This document shows positions 1 to 13,773 of a stretch of DNA of 64,000 bases, piece by piece. The first letter of the stretch is position 1. Every line of letters begins with the position of its first letter. The notes under the pieces were generated by a model that ran no database searches, was not told the DNA's origin, and saw only the letters and a program-made list of their open reading frames with translations. This DNA is from Phoronis australis (lineage: Eukaryota > Animalia > Phoronida), in assembly GCA_002633005.1 (NCBI GenBank), contig NMRA01000219.1:181236-245235 (forward strand), read 5' to 3'. A program made the position numbers and the translations under genes.

Positions 1-66
1 TACTTCATTTTACACACTCAGTCCTATTTTGATTACTAATGAAACCTTCATCAACTTTTTACGTAC

Positions 67-3000
67 TGTTTGGCATAAATCATGGAGCACTCATCAACCG
101 AACCCCCGATCTTTGGCTGATAGTTTGGGAAGTTAAAATTGGACGGACCAAAGGTGTAGATCCAGTGGTTCTTGATCAGGAATTGTAGTATAAGCTCGTA
201 CGCTAACAAGCGCCCCTCTCGCCACTCCCAGCAGTCGGCCAACAACTCCTCGTCTAGAAAACAAGAACAAGACACGTATAACAACAGACAACTAGAAAAT
301 ACAAAACTGAGTGTTATAATTGGGAAATTTCCGATACAGTTCCCTTGTTAATAATTGTATGTGATGTTTTGATCTTCTTAGCAGCTTGGTGACACACAGA
401 TTCTGAAGCCAATCTGATGAATTTACTGCAGAACAACGGTCATATAGTTGACCACATGATTATCGAGTGGTAATCCGGAATGCTGACTAGGCATCGGTAT
501 AAAAAATTCCCAAGCGCTACGATCGCCCGGTAACGTTAAGTTTCTGGATAGAATTCAACAGACAGGATCGGCAAACATCGCCTTATATGTGATCATGGCA
601 GAACATGAACTTGAACGAAACAAGAACAAATTGACAATTCAAAAGTTAACTTTCAGAAGATAGTGGATTTGGCAGAGACTTAAAATCATGGTTCATTCTA
701 CATAGCATAGTTAACACTTACTTAACAGTTAGTAAATACCCAAAAGACACCCCGATATAATTATCTGTATCACCCAACTATAACAAATCACTCACTCTCA
801 TCGTCTAGACTAGTCACACTATGGCGGTGACCCTTGGGACAGTCATCTTTGCCAGTGGTCCCATGGCGCAGGTCTGTGAGACCCTTACAGTGTGGGGATG
901 GTGGCTGCCTGGTGCCAGACACAGCACATGGTGCTGTCAACAGTTCCATATCAGGTTGCCATTGGGAACACAGGCCTTCCAGGATCAGCTTGAGCAGCAC
1001 GGGGTTGTTACTGTCTTTGGCCACTAGAGGGAAGTAAACACAGTCTCCATAACATACTATGAGAAAAGAATGAATACAGAGCTNACAGTTCCCTTGTCAA
1101 TAATTGCATGTGATGTTTTTATCTTCTTAGCAGCTTGGTGACTCTGAAGCCAATCTGATGAATTTGCTGCAGAACAACGGTCATAAAGTTGATCACCTGA
1201 TTATCGAGTGGTAATCCGGAATGCTGACTAGGCATTGGTACCAAAAATTCCCAAGCGCTACGATTGCCCGGTAACGTTAAGTTTCTGGATAGAATTCAAC
1301 AGGCAGGATCGGCAAACATTGCCTTATATGTGATCATGGCAGAACATGAACTTGAACGAAACAAGAACAAATTGACAATTCAAAAGTTAACTTTCAGAAG
1401 ATAGTGGATTTGGCAGAGACTTAAAATGGTTCATTCTACATAGCATAGTTAACACTTACTTAACAGTTAGTAAATACCCAAAAGACACCCCGATATAATT
1501 ATCTGTATCACCCAACTATAACAAATCACTCACTCTCATCGTCTAGACTAGTCACACTATGACGGTGACCCTTGGGACAGTCATCTTTGCCAGTGGTCCC
1601 ATGGCGCAGGTCTGTGAGACCCTTACAGTGTGGGGATGGTGGCTGCCTGGTGCCAGACACAGCACATGGTGCTGTCAACAGTTCCATATCAGGTTGCCAT
1701 TGGGAACACAGGCCTTCCAGGATCAGCTTGAGCAGCACGGGGTTGTTACTGTCTTTGGCCACTAGAGGGAAGTAAACACAGTCTCCATAACATACTATGA
1801 GAAAAGAATGAATACAGAGCTCTGAGTTCTGTAAAATTAATGCAGGAATCTTGCAAGTAAAGCTAAGTATGATCACATCCTTTATGGCTTGGAATGACCA
1901 ATGACAAAAAAGAGGAAAATTCTCTAGGTAATGTATTGTTCCATAAAAAGGCTTGTGTGAAAGAAATATCTTTTGTGTTGAAATAAACATTTTTGCATGA
2001 ATAAAGTCAAAATAATGATTAAAAAGAGACAAAAAAGACTGAGGTAACTGGAAATCAAATAAGAGGAAATCGAAACCAAAAAAGGAGAAATCCTCTTAAA
2101 ACAGGAAAATTCCAAGCCCCGGTCCTCAGCTTGTAATGTATAGGAATATCTTGTGAAGTCTTAGTGTCTATGGAATGCACACCTGTTTATTCCTTCTGAA
2201 TGCACACTAAGTCTTGCTAATAAATGCCCTCACAGTACATCTTGAACATGAGTATGCCAATTGACTCACCATGTGCACCTTCAACACTAATTCATAGTTT
2301 ACAGTAATCTAGTAATGAAGAACGTGTATACAATAACTAGTGACATCAATTACAACCTCAACGCGAATGATTGAAAAATGAAATTCATCTAATAAATTTA
2401 AACATTTGTAATGGCTATTCAATTAATGGGGGGCTTGTAAACTTATTTCACCAACAGGATTGCTAGTACTGTGGGTCGTTCTGGTTGCCAGCTTACCATG
2501 TATTTGAAACCAATAAACAAAACAAAGTCTATAGCAAATACACACGAAGATGACAGCCAAAACGAACCACATTCCTGGTGGCAAAAATAAATGACTTTGT
2601 ACAAGTCTCCCATTATCCAAACATGATTCTTTTTTAGAAATTTAAAAATAAAGGACCCCTGGTATCAAATTTGCTGACTGCACCTGATGCTTAATCTGAA
2701 GGAGAATGCATTATGCACACGTGAAAATTGGGAAATTCACTGCTTTCCATTTTTCCCAAAACAATGAAATTGAAAAATAATAGAGCTGTGCCTACTTACT
2801 TTTGCTCTCTACTTTCAGTACAGTCACAGCAGGCTTTAATATCCAATTATACAAAGCTCACATTACATAACTGTGCCTACAAGTGATTACTTATAACCTC
2901 CTCGCAGGTCTCTTTATCACCCCTCACAACTAATGCGTAGAAATACCAACCTAAAAACTTAAAGATGGTACTGGTTGCTTGTCGTACAGTTGAGGCTTGG

Positions 3001-6000
3001 TGCATCAAGTAGAGGCTGAATGTGGAGAAATAAAGTGGCCAGTCTGGTAAAAGGAAGCCGGGCGGAATGTGCTGAAACACAGACAACCAATCCTATTGAA
3101 GGTTTCAACAGAAATAGAGCACAAAGCTTACAACTTAGTAAATATATTAAAACAACTGACATTCAAATAATTGAAACTCAATACCCGTCATAATTATTTA
3201 ACAGCCTCGTCAGGCTCAGATTTGTCTGTATTTTTCGTTACTTTGGATTTCCTGCTGTCTTTCGACACAGGTTCCATAGTTCGTGAGACACAACTNNNNN
3301 NNNNNNNNNNNNNNNNNNNNNNNNNNNNNNNNGAGATTCATAGATCCTTATAATTGAAAAAATGTTCGTTGAAATTATAGACACATGGTGAACAGAGACA
3401 CCTGGTGGCTGCCAAAAGTATTGCTCACAGGCTACTTTAGTTTTTGACAATATTGGACAAGACAACTAGTTCTTATCTGTCAATCATCTAAGTTCTTAAC
3501 AGGTCCTCCTGGAGGCGATTTGTTTGCAAGTGTTGGATTTTATGTTTCAACCTATTAAAAATAATTAAAAAATTATGGGTCATGGGTTGGAGAAATAAAT
3601 GAAAAATATGGGCGGTGGGTACGAAATAAAAGTGCCTTCCCCCCCTCCCATACAGATTTTGCTGGAACAGCCCTAAACTTATTTCACCAACAGGATTGCT
3701 AGTACTGTGGGTCGTTCTGGTTGCCAGCTTACCATGTATTTGAAACCAATAAACAAAAACAAAGTCTATAGCAAATACACACGAAGATGACAGCCAAAAC
3801 AACCCACATTTCTGGCAGCAAAAATAAATGTAAAAGTCTCCCATTATCCAAACATGATTCTTTTTTAGAAATTTAAAAATAAAGGACTCCTGGTATCAAA
3901 TTTGCTGACTGCACCTGATGCTTAATCAGAATGTATTATGCACACGTGAAAATTGGGAAATTCACTGCTTTCCATTTTTCCCAAAAAATGAAAATGAAAA
4001 ATAATAGAGCTGTACCTACTCACTTTTGCTCTCTACTTTCAGTACTGTCACAGCAGGCTTTAATATCCAGTTATACAAAGCTCACATTGCATAGCTGTGC
4101 CTACCAGTGATTACTTATAACTTCCTCGCGAGTCTCTTTATCACCCCTCACAACTAATGCATAGTAATACCAACCTAAAAATTTAAAGATGGTACTGGTT
4201 GCTTGTCGTACAGTCGAGGCTTGGTGCATCAAGTAGAGACTGAATGTGGAGAAATAGAGTGGCCAATCTGGTAAAAGGAAGCCGGGCGGAATGTGCTGAA
4301 ACACAGACAACCAATCCTATTGAAAAGGTTTCAACAGAAATAGAGCACAAAGCTTACAACTTTGTAACTATATTAAAACAACTGACATTCAAATAATTGA
4401 AACTCAATACCCGTAATAATTATTTAACAGCCTCGTCAGGCTCAGATTTGTCTGTATTTTTCGTTACTTTGGATTTCCTGCTGTCTTTCGACACAGGTTC
4501 CATAGTTCGTGAGACACAACTTAAGTGTAGGCCTGAACGCAGAATTACAAGTAACGAAACTGCAGGCAGCTGATACATAGGAACAGCACTACTGCTAGCA
4601 AACTCAGTTGTGATTGGCCGTGCCAAACCTAGTTCCCGTCACAAAGGAAAGCAACAAACGCTATTGGTTGACCCAATTGAGGACACCACAAGGGAACGTG
4701 TAGGGAATTCCCACCAAAAGAGGAACCCACGCCAAAGGCTTAGTGAAATAAAGCCAGCGTTACTTAACAGAGTGGAAAGTTCCAACCCATACGTCCAGCA
4801 GAACAAAGACCACAGTCAGGCACAGAGTACAGCTCACAACAAACCTTCAGTAAACCCAAGCAGAGAAAAAAGGCGAAATGGTCAAAAACACCCACAATAG
4901 TCTCACAGAGAGCAAGTATTGTCAATGCTGCAAAATATCACAGGCACGGACCAATAGTTAACTCTGTCACGCAAACAAAGCGCACCCCCCTAACGCCCGA
5001 CAGCGTCGGTACAAACACTGAAAAGCAGCAAGTCGGTAAACCGTCATACACGGAATATATTAAGTACATAAAGAACATGACGTCAACAATTGCTAATAGT
5101 TAACTCTGACATGCAGAGACAAAGCAATAGGAGTGGACATAAAAGCATCATAGTCTTTGCAATCATTTACTTTAAGTTTGTTTTAACCTGCAAAAAGTTA
5201 TTAACCTTAGTTTTGCTCCCAGTCGCTTACCTTAATAAGAAAGACACACACCCCCAGAAGACCTTCAGCTGCATAGGCGTCCAGGAACTTGTAGTCAGGG
5301 TTTAACACCGCTAAGTGAGGCAGATTCTAGAATAGAGACAGTTGAAATCAACTTATTAATGTCTATGTAAAGTGGATGGAGATGAAATAAACGGATAATT
5401 TTTAATGATGTTTAAATAACAATGGACGGAAAAATAAAGAAGGTTGTGATTAAATACTTAATCTCACTTCAGAAAAAAATTTCTTTACAGTAGTCCGCAA
5501 ACTAAATATTGTCAATCCAATTTATTTCAGTTTGGATTTTATTGCAATCTTAAACACTGTGTTAACCAAATTTTTCACTGGGAATTCGACTTGTCTACCA
5601 TCAATGACTAAATGACAGAATGTCGACACAGCGCCATCTTACGGAAACAATAAACACTTTCCTGTCATTGCCCAATAATTCTGGCATAAATTGACACAAA
5701 GTTTGGCAGAGTTTTCAAGCTCTTGTAAAGAGAGAAAGTTTGCCCAACTGAATTCATCCAGTGCCTAGGAATATGTTTTCTGCACTGGGATTATGGCTAG
5801 CCTGGTCATACCACTGTGGATAAAACTGTTCAAACAGTCTGGGCACGTCTTCATTCAATATTTAGTTATACTAGTTAAACAAACACTGGAATTCATCTTT
5901 AATGACAAACTCATGTTTGAACATCTCTTATATAAATAAAAAAGTGTACATTACGTATCAATGTTTTCTGAATTGACCTGCAGCCATCATGAGGCTAGAC

Positions 6001-9000
6001 ATTAAACAAAATATATGTCAATGAGAACTAAGTAGATACAAATGATGGTAATATAAACTAACAAGCTATAAATAGGTGTCTGCTTAAAACTGATCAATAA
6101 ACTACTGGTGGCATGTCAGCTTTTATTTCTAAGAAAGGTATTCCGATTGAATAATTGATAAGTGACAGTAAATTATTCATAAATAAACCTCTTCTGAATG
6201 GAAGTCCACAACCATAGGTTAGGAACAATTTGTGGCATCCATCAGGCAGCCACTCAGCACGAATACACTCAGTTAATAAAAGGGTAAAAATTATTACATA
6301 ACATCCCTGGCGCCATGTCATTTACATTCTAGCTTCTGTGACAACTTAATTAAAGGAAATTATTATTCAGATTTAAGACATTTACACCTTAATCATTATG
6401 TCACAGGGATGATTTCTGAAGTTACTCAATCCCTGTCTACCATTTTTGATTTGTTTGGATTTGTTTGGAATTGAAACTAGACAAGTTATTGCAGGTTTAC
6501 ACACAGTTTTGACTTTTTTCCACAAACACGTTGCAATCACTGGCATTTGGTAGGCTATGTATATTAAGACTGGGGACACTGATCAAAGTTTTCTGCCATT
6601 ATGGTTGCAAGGACGCAAGACTTTGGGCATTTTTTTCTAGTATCCAGATGAAAGATCATGATTCGTTTTGATGTATATCATACATAAAATAAGTTTATTT
6701 AAGATGATTTTTAACTAATATCTTATTCACCTAACATCAACTTTAAGTGTTCACGACAAAACAGTTTTACATCCATTTACCACACAGTTATGGCGTCAAC
6801 AAAAAAACAGAAAATCATGTCGGCATAAGCAAACATCAACAGAAGATAAGGGTGAGCTAAAATCCAGTTGGAACATGAACAAAGTTGCAAAACTAGAATA
6901 CTTACTGTACCTAGCCCCGCCCTGTTGGGTGGAACATCTGTTCCTTTACACAGAAGGGTGATCACATGTCCAAACGATGCCAGCGCATCCTGAAAAAGCC
7001 AATGGTGATGACTATTAATCACACCTAGACAGGGCTTATTTGCAGTTGAGATATGTTCACAATGGCTATATTATTTTGCTTTCTTTCTTATATTAAAAGG
7101 AAGCCATACTGCAAATTTTATAGTGTTTAAAAGTATGAGCACTATTGTACTGTTGAATGTTTTGGTTAAAAAGATGAATGTTAGTTTAGAAGCACTGCAA
7201 TGAAATACGATTACAAGGGCGATCATCATTATAAGATATGGAAGTATTCAAAATAAATCGGAAAAGAAATTGTAAAAATTTGATGGAGTTTCGACACAGA
7301 AAACCTTGACTTAAGTTACCATTTCTTTTCGACTAGGAATAGCTTCAATTTATGTGAACTCTCAGCAGGTGTTGGTCAATGCACTTCGCTGAATACGAGG
7401 AAAATTACCTTGTAAGTCCATTCACAAACTGACCATTAGTGATTAGATGCAATAATGTTTACACAAGTTGAACAAAAATACTAATTCTGTCAGACAAAAT
7501 TACGATTTAACTACCAAATAATTCTGGCAAGAAGTTTGTTAAGTTCGGCAGAGTATAACTATCTATCAGTGAGTCTTTCTAGATTAATTTGAAAACTATG
7601 GACGATATAACACAGAAGGGAATATAGTAAAGACATCAATGAATACACCAGCTACATGATTCACGAACAAACTCACGATCAATGGCATTCAAAAACAGGT
7701 ATGCTGTTCATTTAAAGATATTTGTAAGATGAGCTAACAGTACTTTCTCAGTTTTGTATCCAACTTACTAAATGAAATGTTTACCAAGCATATATTGTTT
7801 TTGTATTAAGACATTAGTATATTTTTCTAAAATGCAAAATTAAGCTTTTTTCATCACTTTAACTTTGACACGCCAGTTAGTCAGAATGTAGGAGGTTTTA
7901 GGATCTAATATGCATTTCCTATACGTGTGATTATAGCTTCACTGACCTTGAAATCACATCTGGTGTGATAGGAGGAGAATGCCTTGGTCGCATACTCTCG
8001 AATACTGAGCTGTGGGTGTGAAAGGAGGGGAAATATGACATTCTGGATCTTACTACTGATGAATTCTGGCATCTTCTTTAGCTCTTCTTGACCAAACTAA
8101 AAGAGACATCGGGATAACAGTAAGGGAACATTCAAGTAATGACCTTGTCTCAAAAGTGGGAGGACTTTGTACATTGCTCACAACATTAAGCAATGACTTG
8201 AGTTATGACTTTGTCTACGAAGTACGACAATGCCACATTTCACTCCTATGTACATTATTCATAACATCAAGAACTAGCTCAGCTCATGACTTTGTCTCAA
8301 AAGTGTGACAATGTCACCAATTCACAACTGTGTACATTATTCATATCATCAAGGACTAGTTCAACTTGTCTCAAAAGTGTGCGAATGTCACGACTGCTTA
8401 CATTAACCATATATACATTCAATGTCCAAACTTCAAACAAATGCAATATCTAGTACAATTACAGCATCACAATGGGCACACAGAGCATTGCAACACAAGT
8501 AACATCACTAAATACTTACCTTCAAGAAGTAGTCTGCTTTAGGAGATGTAGACGTTTTAAGCTGGGACGGGTAAAAATCATCAGATGGTACACCTACCCA
8601 ATGAAATCTTCGTATCACAGAGTTAATACCTGTAACAACACATTTTAGTGCATTTCCAACTTTGCCCACAAATGAAAATCAGTAAAGTGCTTTAATCCGC
8701 ATACCCCATGAACAGAAGTTGCAATAAATATCTTATAAGTGTACAATGTATAAACAGTAAATCTTGCAATTTAGGACACAATATGACAGGAAATTGGAAT
8801 TTACAATTTTTTTATTTTTTTCAAACAAAATAAGTAACACTAAATACATGCTATACTATAGACTGCACTTCCTGCTAACAAATGTATACAACTGAGACAA
8901 TAACATTAGGTTTCTTATTCGTTGGTATTTACTGACTAGAATACATTTAATTGACCAGAAGTAGTCTTAAGTTTGAGAATCATTCTTTCTTAATCTTGGT

Positions 9001-12000
9001 TGGTGCCCTCAGTCGGGGCTATTTATGTGAGTACAGTCCTATCAACCTACCCATAACAGCACCCTCTTGTGCTTGCCAATGGGCGTCATTCTTTTGACAA
9101 ATCTACAAGAGAGAAACCATACAAAATTCTGCTTAGTAGTTGCCACGGATTGACAGGCACATCACCAGCAGAAAGGAATACACAACTGCACCCATGTTCA
9201 GTCGCATCAGACATTGACTGGCATGATAATCACCTGAACTGTCAACAAGCAAAAGAGAATGTCACAATTGAGATTGGCACACTTCAGAACTACAGTTAGC
9301 CATGGATTTCCATTCATTCTATGGTCCGTCATTACAAAGACATCTTGATGACCACTCTGGTGCAGGGTCACCTGTTGAATGACTTTCAGGCACTACAATT
9401 TCTTTTTCAAAGAAACATTGCTAGGTGACAAAAAAAGAACAAGTTCAACTTTTAACAATAAATATCTGAATTTCTATTCCTAAAGGCTCTTAATGAGACA
9501 AGTGTTACAGCATCTCTTAAAGATGCACTTGTAGACAAGCAAATCTGAGTTTGGAGCCCAACCAAGCAGAGGTCGATGTACACCTGCCAATAAGTCTAGC
9601 TACATGGGTCAATGGAGATGTTTCAGCCTGTTTCTGAATGCAAGCACACACCCACAATCTAACAGACACATTGGAACATCTGTACTCACCTGGACCAAGT
9701 CATTAAAGAAGGACTCCAGTTGGGCAATACTGAAGTGGTCTATGACAGGACTAAGACGGGCAGCACAGGCACTTCGAATGGCTGACCAAACATCAGTTAG
9801 GCCAAGGAGTATGACATGCTGCAAGTAGAGAAAGTACGCATGATACAACCAAACAGATTGTCAATTTCAACAATTTGAGCCATGGCGATCCAGTGAGTTT
9901 CTTGTCAACCCACACGTAGCGTGACAGCATGAAAATGCTTTAGGGAAAAACAGTGATGATTAACTTCTCTTTGGTCAATGTTGCACACTACATACCAAGA
10001 CATTCCTGTCATGAAGGTCGAGTGAAAGTGGAATTCACCATCAGAGAACCAGGAATGACCAGTAAAAACAGGACATTACCAGTCTAGACAGGGAAACGTA
10101 ATTTTGTCCGATTACTTTTGGCATGAACTTTAACTTTAAAAAAGATGCAGGTGAATCTTAAGCTATTATTTTTGGTCACATACCAACTAACAGACTGCTA
10201 CATCATAATTTATAATGTTACACACAATATGGTTTCCTATGTTGTATGGAAGATAGCCATACTTCTAAAATACAAATATAAACTGTGTATCTAAGAAAGA
10301 ACAACATAAGCTCGTAAAAATCAGGATTGACGCATAACAAACTAATAAATAATGACGGTTAGCCAAAAAAAGTGTAGCAAGCAAGTACCAGACCATACCT
10401 TAACCAGCTCAAACTGTTCATCTTTCAATAGTTCAATGTTCTTTTTCAGCCAGTCCATGATATGTACAACAGTCTGGTTCCTAACAACTGGTTTGTTGGC
10501 AGCTAGAAGACAGTAGTCTTAATACAGAGGGAGGTAGGACAGAACATTATGCAACGACAGACCAAAGATCAACTTCAAACATTTTAATGGAGAAATCCAT
10601 GCATTCAAAGTAATTCAATTTCAGTCAAAAAACGAAGATCGTTTCTTAAAGGTATTGCTTCCATAGATATTCACTGTACATTTCATCCATCTTTTTACGA
10701 CACAAACACTTAGGATACCAACCAATGTGCACAAACTAGAGAAATGTCACAAGCATGATAGACAGGGCAAATTTTAATGTAAATTATTAAAGAGTGAAGG
10801 GGTCACACATAGGATTGCGCAGAGCAGTTTTCCAAACAGTGGATGAATTCGTTTTGAAGTCACAAAGTTAAGCCAAAGATACATAAAAATTGTTTCCAAC
10901 GCTTTGTGATTTGAGAAGACTGTAAATTTATTGTCTTGCATTGCAAAAAGCTTACCTTGAACTACCGTGTGCTCCAGACTTTTTAAAACAGATGTGCTCA
11001 GACGTTGATGTAAGTACCTGTAGAAGACAAAGAAACAAGACTGACAAGTAATTTGAACTGACCAATCCAATGTCATAACAAGACTGATAAGTCATTTGAA
11101 CTGCCCAATACAATGTCATAACATGACACACAAGTCATTTGAACTGCCCAATCCAATGTCATAACAAGACATGTTCTTAAGTGGGTATAGTAGATCCAAG
11201 AATACAAGCTTGAATTTTAGCATCAGACAAAAAAATATTGTTGCTGTCCAAAATTATGTCAAATAAACTATTATATATAAAAACATTTGGAGCTTAATTA
11301 TCCTGATAGTAAATTGAGTCATGACATATGGACACAAGGACCATTACTAGATATTTAAAGTCGCATTTTGCCTTGTTTAGCTAGCTAAAAACAAAAATCA
11401 AATTAGGCTTAATAAAATCAGTCTCGTGTTATTTCCGTACCGTAATAGGGTTCTATTTTTGTTACCAGCAAGAACATTGAAATAATCAGCACCTTAAGAA
11501 AATGTCTGAGTATATTGGGGTTGGCCGTTCCTTAGACTGTGAATTCTAAAATGGCGCTTGTATGCATTGTCTGCTATTTGAGTTGCCCATGCTTTTGGCT
11601 GCAATTCAAGATTGGATGAGCACGGTAATGTTCTTAAAACCCAAAGCACTTTGGTTAATAATTCAACATTGAGAGCTAAACAGGGGCAGTTGCTTTTCCC
11701 TTTAAAGTTCATTTTGACACAGTGAAGGGTGGCGACTCCAGTTGCAAACTCAATGCAACTACTCCAACTTTCACACACTCTAACACTTCAGCAAACTCAC
11801 CATTTAATGAATTCATCCAGGAGATCAATCAGAACCATTTTGTATTTGCCCTCGTGTTTCGAGGTCATGCCAACAGAGCCAAGCCTCTGTACTTGCACCC
11901 GTTTCCCATTACACACAGTCTCTGACCAGCCAAACCGTCTCTCGAAAATATACAGAGTGAATCGATCAAGATCCTTCTGACAAGGAAAGAGGTTATCGGG

Positions 12001-12207
12001 CAACTTGCCAGGGAATGGATTGTCTTCTTCAAAGCTAGCTTTGGCAGCTCTCTGCAACCATTCTTGTTCCAAACTCTCATCAGCATCATTCCATGCTGTT
12101 CTGGTATTGGAGCCGGGTTGCAGCTGTTGCTTTAAAGCCTTCAGAGCATCCACCTCAGTCTCGGTAGTGGTGGCCGACTGTAAGGATTTCACGCAGTCCG
12201 TCCACAT
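67..12207 (-). CDS. Uncharacterised alpha-helical (HEAT/ARM-like) protein; multi-exon, 3' end lies outside the window
   Basis: Phase-compatible GT-AG exons: 12207-11801, 11017-10956, 10502-10399, 9818-9690, 9102-9051, 8629-8520, 8096-7947, 6989-6906, 5326-5231, 4295-4175 (allelic copy 3071-2951), 1761-1534 (allelic copy 1023-796), 253-67. They join into one open frame of about 576 codons. HEAT-like segments include LGLTDVWSAIRSACA, HWQAQEGAVMGINSV, PLLSHPQLSIREYATKAFS, LMHQASTVRQATS and WEWREGRLLAYELIL. I do not recognise the family. Confidence 0.85.
336..1821. repeat. Near-identical tandem copy (336-1083 vs 1085-1821) joined at a single N; probably two alleles, includes the 228-nt exon
   Basis: N at 1084 sits exactly at the junction. 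The copies differ by scattered SNPs and small indels; the exon difference I saw (CGC/CGT) is synonymous. Confidence 0.85.
1883..2121 (-). mobile_element. MITE family A (CAGGGCTTG...CAAGCCCTG termini, about 240 bp), degenerate copy
   Basis: Reverse-complement match to 20701-20950 and 19165-19381 (ggcttggaatgaccaatgacaaaaaagaggaaaat...ggaaaattccaagcccc). Confidence 0.7.
2438..4521. repeat. Near-identical tandem copy (2438-3295 vs 3674-4521) across an N gap; probably two alleles, includes the 121-nt exon
   Basis: N run at 3296-3332 lies between the copies. The two exon copies encode the same peptide with five synonymous differences. Confidence 0.8.
3333..3673. mobile_element. Non-autonomous DNA transposon end (PIF/Harbinger-like: GGGC terminus, TAA target); left part lost in the gap
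   Basis: Nearly identical to 45183-45518. Both end ...CTGGAACAGCCC followed by TAA. The other allele has an empty TAA at 2438-2440. Confidence 0.75.
5798..5997. mobile_element. Possible 200-bp MITE with TAGCCT...AGGCTA termini
   Basis: Short terminal inverted repeat only; flanks GGC/GAC match at 2 of 3. No second copy seen. Confidence 0.25.
8128..8404. repeat. Degenerate tandem repeat, about 4 units of 55-80 bp, intronic
   Basis: Recurring ttgtctcaaaagtg and tgtacattattcat segments, ending about 30 nt from the acceptor at 8097-8098. Confidence 0.7.
11035..11170. repeat. Tandem repeat, about 3 units of 43 bp, adjacent to a 3' splice site
   Basis: acaagactgacaagtaatttgaactgaccaatccaatgtcata repeated three times with variants; acceptor at 11018-11019. 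Confidence 0.85.
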
Positions 12208-13519
12208 GCTGTCGTCTGACTCACTTTCAACTCGCCACAAGCGGGTGCGGGCTCACCGGACACAGGGTGGTAACTAGCATGAGCACCTGGAAAACAAAAC
12301 AGCCGTATGTATTTCAATTACACACACACCTTCAGCATAAACCACACCAGCTCAGGTCCACATGGGAGACAACTTGTCAGTTTACTGATTGAAGTTATAT
12401 GTATAGAAATGTAATCTCAGAACAATAATGGGATAACTCCAAAGATTATGTCATTTTACTGACAATGTATGCAGGTGACAATAGATAGATGGAATTATTT
12501 TTCCTAGTATTATCATTCATTAAGAATGGATTGGCTGTTTCTAGTCTAAAATCTCTATCAGATCAAGCTTGACTGAGAACAACATACAAAGTCAAATATT
12601 TAATATGTAATGTGTGCTAAGAGATCAGTCCCAAACAGGCAATAAACTATGTTCTCAATATCTCATGTTCTCAATATCTCAATTCTATTGAATGTAAGTA
12701 GAGAATTTTTCATGCAATCTACAAGACGGTATTTAACATTTTTAAAACAAAAAAGATTTTTGATAACATGGAATCTCTTCTTGTACTGTTTCAATCTTAA
12801 AAACTCAAGCGTCTACCCCAGCAAGAGGGTGTTGGTCCTTCAACAAACCCCTACTTGTAAACGAGTGCACATTTCATGGTTGCTCCTTACAAATGAGTCC
12901 CCTTTTCTGAATCTACTCTCTAAATGGGTGGGCATCCTAACTTTCCAACTGCAATACCTGTCAAAAATACAGTGAAGTATCCGAGTATTTACAAAACTGG
13001 TGTCAAAGAACCGAATCTGTCCATAGTGGCATTAGAGTTATACCAAAAATCCTCAGAAAGTGAAAGACCAAGTTGAGATGAGTAGATAGTGAATTCTAGA
13101 GAAAACTCCAGAGACTGAGGCGGTAAATTCCAGACTTTTAGGTCTGTCAGTAAAATTCCAGGTACTAGTAGTGGTCATGGAACTACGATAAAATTCTCCA
13201 ATTTGGAACAGTCTCCAGAATTTGGAATATGGATACTCCAGCAAAAAATCATTTTCTTGATTCTGGAATTTGGGACAAGAGTGATTTTTATGTACCTTAT
13301 TTCTCTTCTCAAATTTTGGACAATGTGTTTTCAATCTATAGAGTAAGTAATTTTGCCATCTTTCCAGTGATTCTTGAATTTGTGAGCAGCCAAAATTGTC
13401 TGTTTCTAGACTTTGGGACAAGCTCCAACAACCTTGGGCAAAATGATCAAATTTCCAATGTCTCAAACTGAAGAATTTTTCCCGCAATTGTAAAGTTCAA
13501 CCGTCTACAACGTATCTAC

Positions 13520-13773
13520 CATGCGCGCACCCAGAGGGGCCCGGGGGGCTCAAACGAGCCCCCCCATTTGGAGGAGTGGACAAAAAGGTCCGCCTCACAG
13601 AAACAAAAAGTCCGAGAAAACGAGACAAAAGTCAACTAAAAAGGTGCAAACGCACAATTCACAGCTCTGGACGTGGTACCCCGTTTGTTTTTTTAGTCCT
13701 TTGGCTATTTTGTCAGTAAAAGGTCCACATTGTCGGAAATTCGAGGTCCCCCATATTAAAGGGTGCGCGTATG
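13520..13773 (+). mobile_element. MITE family B (CATGCGCGCACCC...GGGTGCGCGTATG), 5-bp TSD TCTAC
   Basis: 13-bp imperfect TIR; TCTAC at 13515-13519 and 13774-13778; related copies at 26941-27175 and 62179-62436. Confidence 0.85.

Noticed and set aside
4560-5090. Possible solo LTR (GC-richer intronic segment)
   Set aside because: I could not define TG...CA ends, a TSD or a second copy.
13053-13487. 144-aa minus-strand ORF in the first intron of the HEAT-like gene
   Set aside because: Non-ATG start, no recognisable domain, and the sequence has internal short repeats typical of a repeat relic.
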